Positions 57,947 to 64,000 of a stretch of 64,000 bases of DNA are shown one piece after another. Numbering within the stretch: the first letter of the stretch is position 1; every line of letters begins with the position of its first letter. Source of the DNA: Pseudomonadota bacterium (GTDB lineage: Bacteria > Pseudomonadota > Alphaproteobacteria > Micavibrionales > UBA1664); NCBI GenBank assembly GCA_009926935.1, contig RFNZ01000003.1:16238-80237 (forward strand). The letters are read 5' to 3'. Made by a program: the position numbers and the translations under genes. The notes beneath the pieces were generated by a model. That model did no database searches, was not told the origin of the DNA, and saw nothing but the letters and a program-made list of their open reading frames with translations.

Positions 57947-59083
57947 TTACAGCACCTTCTGCGCTATGTGGGTGCCGAGATCCTTGAGAGGCAGGACAGT
58001 ATAGCAAAGGCCCGCCATCGATACCGCGCCGGGCATGCCCCAGACAACGCTGGTTGCCTGATCCTGCGCGGCTACATGTCCGCCTGCGTTGACTACTTCC
58101 TGTGCGCCGAGCATACCGTCCGATCCCATGCCTGTCAGGATAACAGTCAGAATGTCTCTCGCATAGTAGGGGATGAGGCTGCGCAGCATAGGGTCAACGG
58201 CGGGTTTGCAAAAATTTTCGGCAGGACCATCATTCAACGTTAAAACAGGCGCTCCGGAATCGCTCTTTTTCAGAAGCATGTGAAGCCCGCCTTTGGCTAG
58301 ATGGGCGCGGCCGGGCAAAAGAGGCATTCCCTCTGTCGCTTCCACGCATGGGATGCCGGTATTGGAGGTTATGTGCTGGGCCAGCAGTGCCGTAAATGTA
58401 GGCGGCATGTGCTGCGTGATGACAATCGGGATATTTTTTATGCCTTTCATTGGCTTTAAAAATTCAAAAAGCGCCTGAGGACCACCTGTAGAAGAACCTA
58501 CGGCCAGAATGCGCGGTTTCCAGATAGCGGAAGGTGCTGGCCGCAGCGGGAATTTGGCACCTGCGGGTGGCAGGACAAATCCTGCAGCCGATTTTTGCGC
58601 TGGGTTGCTTTTTGCGGTTTCGTGGCTGATTTTGGCTTCGATTTCGGGCGGAAGCGGTTTTCCAAATGACCGAATGAGCTGGACCAGACTATTATGAAAG
58701 TCGCTGGATTTGTTGATATCGGTCGTGCTGGTTGGTTTTGGAATGTAATCGACCGCGCCTATGGCCATTGCCTTGAGTGAGATTTCGGCGTTGTCCAGCG
58801 TCAGGGTCGAACACATGATGATTTTGGCATCCGGGTGGGCTTTTATCATGTGCCCGAGAGCGGTTATTCCGTCCATTATCGGCATCTCGATATCCATGAT
58901 AACGACATCGGGCCTGAACTCGTTGTAATACTTCAGTGCTACTTCTCCGTTTTGGGCGGAGGCGACGACTTTAATGTAGGGGTCGCTCTCAATGATGCGC
59001 GTGACCATGCCTCGGATGACCGCTGAATCATCAACGACCATGACGCGTGTGGCCAGTGTTTCTGCGGTCCCTGTTGATGTCAT
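57947..59083 (-). CDS. cheB: Chemotaxis methylesterase
   Basis: REC domain plus GSSTGGP, QHMP and LTGMGSDG. Confidence 0.97.
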   Translation of the reverse strand: MTSTGTAETLATRVMVVDDSAVIRGMVTRIIESDPYIKVVASAQNGEVALKYYNEFRPDVVIMDIEMPIMDGITALGHMIKAHPDAKIIMCSTLTLDNAEISLKAMAIGAVDYIPKPTSTTDINKSSDFHNSLVQLIRSFGKPLPPEIEAKISHETAKSNPAQKSAAGFVLPPAGAKFPLRPAPSAIWKPRILAVGSSTGGPQALFEFLKPMKGIKNIPIVITQHMPPTFTALLAQHITSNTGIPCVEATEGMPLLPGRAHLAKGGLHMLLKKSDSGAPVLTLNDGPAENFCKPAVDPMLRSLIPYYARDILTVILTGMGSDGMLGAQEVVNAGGHVAAQDQATSVVWGMPGAVSMAGLCYTVLPLKDLGTHIAQKVL

Positions 59084-59122
59084 TTCCGGTTTATCCGTGC
59101 CGCGGTGCGGTTTTTGGGCGCT

Positions 59123-59488
59123 TTAGATAAGGCCGATTTGAGAGAATTTGGTTGCGACGATTTCGCCATCAAACGGTTTCATGATGTACTCGTTGGCGCC
59201 TGCCATGATTGCGCGCTGAATAAAGCTCATATCGTTTTCTGTTGTACAAAAAACCACTTTGGGCTGCTCGCCACCCGGCATGGTGCGCAGTTTTTCAAGA
59301 AACTCGATGCCGGACATATTAGGCATATTCCAGTCCAGCAGAATAGCGTCGGGCATCGCCTTCTGACAGGCGGCTACGGCAAATACTCCGTCCTCGGCTT
59401 CCTCGCAGGAAAAACCAAGATCTTCGATGATCCTACGCGCTACCTTGCGGACCACGCGGCTATCGTCAACCACCAGACACGATTTCAT
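59123..59488 (-). CDS. cheY: Chemotaxis response regulator
   Basis: Single REC domain VVDDS..LLDWNMP..KPF within che operon. Confidence 0.93.
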   Translation of the reverse strand: MKSCLVVDDSRVVRKVARRIIEDLGFSCEEAEDGVFAVAACQKAMPDAILLDWNMPNMSGIEFLEKLRTMPGGEQPKVVFCTTENDMSFIQRAIMAGANEYIMKPFDGEIVATKFSQIGLI

Positions 59489-59539
59489 CTTTTTATCCTC
59501 TTAGACCCAATCTCATCTTAAATTTTATCGTTCTATCCC

Positions 59540-59554
59540 TTAAGTCTGACTTAA
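59540..59554. promoter_or_regulatory. Putative CtrA box upstream of cheY
   Basis: TTAA-GTCTGAC-TTAA (one half overlaps cheW stop). Confidence 0.35.
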
Positions 59555-60045
59555 TGAACGCTGTGGTGCAGCAGCTTCCGGACATCAATCACTATCAGTA
59601 GCTGATTCTCGAGGCGGAAAATACCGCTCGCGACATCGCGCCATACAGAATCCAAAGTAGGAGGAACGTTCTCGAAGTCCTTGTTTTGCATGGAAAGAAC
59701 GTCGCCAACTCTGTCAATGATCAGGGAGTAAAGTTCATGTTCAAGCTCAACCACGACGCTCATGGTTTTTGCACCTTGAGGCAAATCAGGCAAACCCAAG
59801 CGGCAGCGGACATTGATGGCTGTTACGATCCGGCCACGGAGGTTGAGGGCACCGGCTACTTCAGGCGGGGCCAGCGGCACGCGGGTTACGGTTTGCTGGC
59901 GCAATACGTCCTGTACCTGTAGGACCGGGATGCCAAAAAGCTGGTTGTCGATCACGACCGTCAAGAATTCGGTCGTTTGAGGGCCTTCATCCAACTCGCC
60001 TGCGCGGCGTTTTCTAAATTTTGAGACTTCGCCTGTCAAACTCAT
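59551..60045 (-). CDS. cheW: Chemotaxis coupling protein
   Basis: TRVPLAP..VAGALNLRGRIVTAI. Confidence 0.95.
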   Translation of the reverse strand: MSLTGEVSKFRKRRAGELDEGPQTTEFLTVVIDNQLFGIPVLQVQDVLRQQTVTRVPLAPPEVAGALNLRGRIVTAINVRCRLGLPDLPQGAKTMSVVVELEHELYSLIIDRVGDVLSMQNKDFENVPPTLDSVWRDVASGIFRLENQLLIVIDVRKLLHHSVH

Positions 60046-62783
60046 GCGGCACCTCCGGCTGCGCTGCCATGTCTATGTTCTGCCAAGGTTTGTGAGAGCG
60101 TCGTGAGAAGTGTGTCACGATCAAATTTGGCAACGTATTTGCTGAAACCAACTTCACGCCCGCGATCTATATCGTTTTGAGTGGCGTGGCTTGTGAGGGC
60201 TACCATTGGCGTTTTCATCCAGCGACCCTGTTTGCGCACCGTCTGTGCAAATTCAAAACCACTCATTTCGGGCATCTCAATATCGGAGATGATGACATCA
60301 AACTCCTCGCCCTGTTCTTCCAGCTCCAGCGCCCTTAGTGGGTTTTCAGCTGCCGTGACTTCATATCCGGCGACAGAGAGGAGAGGAGTCAACATGTTTC
60401 GGAAGAAGGGACTGTCATCGACAATCAGCACGCGGCGGGCACGTTTCATATCCTCCCTGTCGAAATCCTCATCACCGTGGTCGCGGAACCAATCTTTGTA
60501 GGCGCCTTTGAGGAAGTGCCCTACATCAATGATTTCCGTTGCGTGACCACGGATGATTGCCGAGCCCAGAAAACCGGGTTTGTCTGAACTAATCTGGATA
60601 TTGATATAATCTTCCACGATGTCGATGATCTGGCCAACCATGAGCCCCATCGTGCGCGTGCCGTCCGAAAAGACAAGGGTAGGTTGCGTGCCATCTTCCG
60701 AAAGAGGCATGCTGTCGGAGAATTTGAGAAGCGGCATCAGAGAGCCACGATACTGAATGAGCATCTGGCCGTTCGACATTTCGATTTTTGGAACGCTTAC
60801 ATCCTCAAGTCGCGCCACAAGCGAGAGCGGAACGGCTTTGGGCATGGCGTCGTTTGCCGAGAAAAGCAGAAGTGATGTTTTAGTGCCGGCACGTGCTTGT
60901 TGGGCTTCTGTCTCGGCATCTTTTGCAGTTGTATCGGCAACGCTGATCTCGCCGGTGGCTTTGGCAATACCACCCGGATCAAGGATCATGATGACGCTGC
61001 CATCACCCAGAATGGTGTTGCCTGAAAAGAGTTCGATATCCTGCAGCATCTTGGCGACGGGCTTGACTACGATCTCTTCGGTATCGAATACGCGGTCTAC
61101 AATAATACCAAACACGTATGCGCCAACTTTGGTTACGATGATGTAGCGGTTGCCGCTGTTGCTACGCCCGTTTTTACCATTCGCTTTTGCAGGCGCGTCC
61201 GGGAGTTTTAGAAGTTTTTGCAATGTAACAAGTGGCAGAAGGTGGTTGCGAAGTCGGAAGACCGGCGTGCCGTTGATGTGCTCGATACGGTTTTCGCCCT
61301 TGTCGGATGCCATCACCAATTCTTGCACCGAAAGTTGCGGGATGGCGTAGCGCTCGCCTGCCGATTCAACGATGAGTGCGGAAACGATCGCAAGGGTAAG
61401 CGGAATTTTGATTGTAAAGGTGGAGCCTTGTCCTTCGACCGAATGTAGATCGATCGTGCCTCCGATTTTTTCGATGTTCGTGCGAACGACATCCATGCCG
61501 ACACCACGGCCGGAGACAGATGTTATTTTTTCAGCAGTCGAGAAACCGGCATCAAAAATGAACTGATGGATTTGTTTGTTGGACATGCCTGCGAGCTCTT
61601 CCGCAGTGGCGATGCCTTTTTCAATGGCTTTCTGTTTGATACGGGCTGTGTTGAGGCCGCGACCGTCATCCTTGATTTCGATGATGATATGGCCGCCCTC
61701 ATGGAAGGCGCGCAGTATGATTTTGCCGGTTTCAGGTTTGCCCGCCATTGCGCGGTCGGCTGGTTTTTCGATGCCATGGTCCCCAGAGTTACGGACCATG
61801 TGCGTGAGCGGGTCCTTGATAAGCTCAAGGACCTGTCTATCCAGTTCCGTTTCCTCGCCCATCATGACGAGGTCGATTTTCTTGCCAAGTTCGTGGCTCA
61901 GATCGCGGATGATACGCGGCAATTTTGACCATGCGGCCCCGATTGGTTGCATGCGTGTTTTCATTACGCCTTCCTGAAGGTCGGATACGACGTGATTCAG
62001 GCGTTGTAGCGGGGCTGCAAACTCGTTGTTCTGGGTTGTACTGCGCATAATCTGCAAGAGCTGGTTGCGTGTCAGAACCATCTCGGAGACGAGCGTCATG
62101 AGGTTTTCAAGCACCTCGACGTTTACGCGGAGCGTCTGGTTTGAAACCGCCGACTCCTTCGCTGTGTGATCCTCGGCGCCGTCTTTTGCGGCCTGTTTTG
62201 ATACTGGCGCAGCGGCTGGTGGTGTTGGTGCAGCAGCCGGTGCCTGCGGCGCTACCGTGCCGCCAGAAAGCGGCGCATTGAGCGCTGCTGCGATTGGATC
62301 AGCGGGAGCGGGGATGGAATCCCACAAAGCTTGTAGAGGGTCGGCGGGGGCTGCTTTGGGTGCCTCAGCTTGGGCAGGAGCAGCGGTGCCTGAGCCAGGC
62401 ATTGGTTTGCCTTCGTAAACGGCATCCAGTTTTTCGATGAGGTCGTTATCCGAACCCTCGGGTTCCTTACCCGTCGCTTCAATGTCGCCGATGATGTATT
62501 TGATACGGTCAATCGATTCAAAGATCAGCGTTACGTAATCCGGAGTTACTTCAAGCGTACCATCTCTGAAACGGCCCATGACGTTTTCGGCGCGGTGGGC
62601 AACTGTTTCAAGGCGAGGAAGCCCCAAAAACCCGCACGTGCCTTTAATGGTGTGCATCAGGCGAAAGATTGAGCCCAGGAGATTTTTGTCGTTCGGATTT
62701 TGCTCGAGGTTTACAAGCTGGACGTCGATTGCAGCCAATGATTCATTGGTTTCTGTGATGAATTCGACAATGAGATCGTCCAT
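60042..62783 (-). CDS. cheA: Hybrid chemotaxis kinase CheA (Hpt-kinase-CheW-CheW-REC)
   Basis: FRLMHTIKG, HMVRNSGDHG and SGRGVGMDVV motifs; C-terminal REC domain. Confidence 0.97.
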   Translation of the reverse strand: MDDLIVEFITETNESLAAIDVQLVNLEQNPNDKNLLGSIFRLMHTIKGTCGFLGLPRLETVAHRAENVMGRFRDGTLEVTPDYVTLIFESIDRIKYIIGDIEATGKEPEGSDNDLIEKLDAVYEGKPMPGSGTAAPAQAEAPKAAPADPLQALWDSIPAPADPIAAALNAPLSGGTVAPQAPAAAPTPPAAAPVSKQAAKDGAEDHTAKESAVSNQTLRVNVEVLENLMTLVSEMVLTRNQLLQIMRSTTQNNEFAAPLQRLNHVVSDLQEGVMKTRMQPIGAAWSKLPRIIRDLSHELGKKIDLVMMGEETELDRQVLELIKDPLTHMVRNSGDHGIEKPADRAMAGKPETGKIILRAFHEGGHIIIEIKDDGRGLNTARIKQKAIEKGIATAEELAGMSNKQIHQFIFDAGFSTAEKITSVSGRGVGMDVVRTNIEKIGGTIDLHSVEGQGSTFTIKIPLTLAIVSALIVESAGERYAIPQLSVQELVMASDKGENRIEHINGTPVFRLRNHLLPLVTLQKLLKLPDAPAKANGKNGRSNSGNRYIIVTKVGAYVFGIIVDRVFDTEEIVVKPVAKMLQDIELFSGNTILGDGSVIMILDPGGIAKATGEISVADTTAKDAETEAQQARAGTKTSLLLFSANDAMPKAVPLSLVARLEDVSVPKIEMSNGQMLIQYRGSLMPLLKFSDSMPLSEDGTQPTLVFSDGTRTMGLMVGQIIDIVEDYINIQISSDKPGFLGSAIIRGHATEIIDVGHFLKGAYKDWFRDHGDEDFDREDMKRARRVLIVDDSPFFRNMLTPLLSVAGYEVTAAENPLRALELEEQGEEFDVIISDIEMPEMSGFEFAQTVRKQGRWMKTPMVALTSHATQNDIDRGREVGFSKYVAKFDRDTLLTTLSQTLAEHRHGSAAGGAA

Positions 62784-62944
62784 AGGTACCCCTAGAGCCT
62801 TGATTTATCGAAATAAAGCGAACGCTTATCAAAGTGCATGGTACCTAAATTCGTTGCAGCTGACCATGCATAATGCGCGCGCGCATACGCAGTTATGATA
62901 ACCGCGTATTCCTTACTCAAACGTAACGATGATAGGGAAAATGA

Positions 62945-64000
62945 TCAGCTGGTTTTAGGTTGGTACTTAGGCTCGTCGAGTGGTTTGGCAAAGTAATAAC
63001 CTTGCCCGAGTTCAACACCCATCTTCTTGAGAATCTCGACATGCTCTTTTGTCTCGACACGTTCTGCCACCACGCCAACCTTGAGGTCAGCGCACATGCG
63101 TACGAGGTTTGCGATCATGGCCTGATCACGCTGCGAGTTAAGAATGTTCATGATGTACTGGCCGTCGATCTTGATCGCATCCACATGGATTTTGTGCAGG
63201 TACTGGAATGAGGCCGAGCCTGCGCCAAAGTCATCGAGCGCTACTTTGAATCCGTCTTTTTGTAAGGATTGTACGAAGTGATTCACTTTATCGAGGTCAG
63301 TTATCTGGCTGCTTTCCGTGATCTCAAAAACCATGCGCTTCGGAATATCGGATTTTAAATGTGGCTCCAGTTTACCGCGTAGGTTTTCGATGAATTTTTC
63401 ATTCTGGATCGAGATGCCTGAAAGGTTTACCGAGATTTTGACAGATTTAGGCGCCGTAAACACAAGGTAATTGATGACCTTGCCGCAGATGGCCAAATCT
63501 AGCTCGGGGCTAAGCCCTACTTCCTCGCAGAAGACGATGGCATCGTAAGGAGATTTCCCGCCTTCAAAGCGCACCAGTGCTTCGTAATAAGCTACGCTCG
63601 CATCTTCCAGCTTGACGATAGGCTGGAATTTGAGCTCGAAGCGGGACTGATGGATGATCTGTTTGAAGTCGGCAATTTTTTGGGCGTTCTGCGTAAGGTA
63701 ATTCTCAAAGCCGCCTTCGAGGTTGAGAATATTGAACGCACTGCCCTGTTTTTCGAACTGGTTGATTGTGTACATGACGGCGCGCGCGAGTTCTTTTTCA
63801 TTCAGCTTGCCGTCCGACATTTCTATTGAATTCGCTTTGGCGGTCACGCCTTTTTTCTCTGGGTCGGCATCGCGGCTGAGGGCCTCGATGTTTTTTTGGA
63901 TCATATCGGCTGAAATATTTTCACCGTGAACTACGCCAAAGCGTCCGTCGTCAAGCGCGGCTGCGGTGCGGCCATCTGCCGCATACGTACGTAGGAGCGT
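62945..64000 (-). CDS. EAL-domain c-di-GMP phosphodiesterase (5' truncated by window)
   Basis: FQPIV..YEALVR, EITES, ALDDFGAG, IKIDG and QGYYFAKP motifs; frame open to window end. Confidence 0.93.
   Translation of the reverse strand, partial: TLLRTYAADGRTAAALDDGRFGVVHGENISADMIQKNIEALSRDADPEKKGVTAKANSIEMSDGKLNEKELARAVMYTINQFEKQGSAFNILNLEGGFENYLTQNAQKIADFKQIIHQSRFELKFQPIVKLEDASVAYYEALVRFEGGKSPYDAIVFCEEVGLSPELDLAICGKVINYLVFTAPKSVKISVNLSGISIQNEKFIENLRGKLEPHLKSDIPKRMVFEITESSQITDLDKVNHFVQSLQKDGFKVALDDFGAGSASFQYLHKIHVDAIKIDGQYIMNILNSQRDQAMIANLVRMCADLKVGVVAERVETKEHVEILKKMGVELGQGYYFAKPLDEPKYQPKTS

Overview
Alphaproteobacterial chromosomal window. The gene content and the ORFan/RTX proteins suggest a Micavibrio/Rhodospirillales-like lineage (inference). 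Housekeeping backbone: mreBCD-mrdA-rodA, purLQ/purCS, nadK-pyrE, nhaA-icd, folD, ccmABCDEFGH(I), acnA, lepA, purH and a cheA-W-Y-B-R operon. The standout is a ~16 kb block (14827-30824) of T7/podovirus-type virion genes: portal, scaffold, a small capsid, tail tubes A/B, tail fibre, terminase, SleB-type endolysin and a 3-TM holin. It has no integrase, replication genes, RNA polymerase, evident att sites or large ejection proteins. It is interrupted by host-type genes (PilZ, RTX) and butts tightly against core genes. A divergent XRE-S24 repressor resembling Caulobacter RogA heads it. The same TAGGA-N6-TCCTA palindrome occurs at both of its main promoters, and a canonical alphaproteobacterial LexA box sits at the first. 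This reads as a domesticated, podophage-derived gene-transfer-agent-like system, structurally unrelated to the siphovirus-type RcGTA. Secondary observations: a HEPN-motif gene plus hicAB cassette behind lepA, paralogous ORFans, and secreted repeat proteins. No rRNA, tRNA or CRISPR array was seen. All family assignments are by motif recognition, without database searches.
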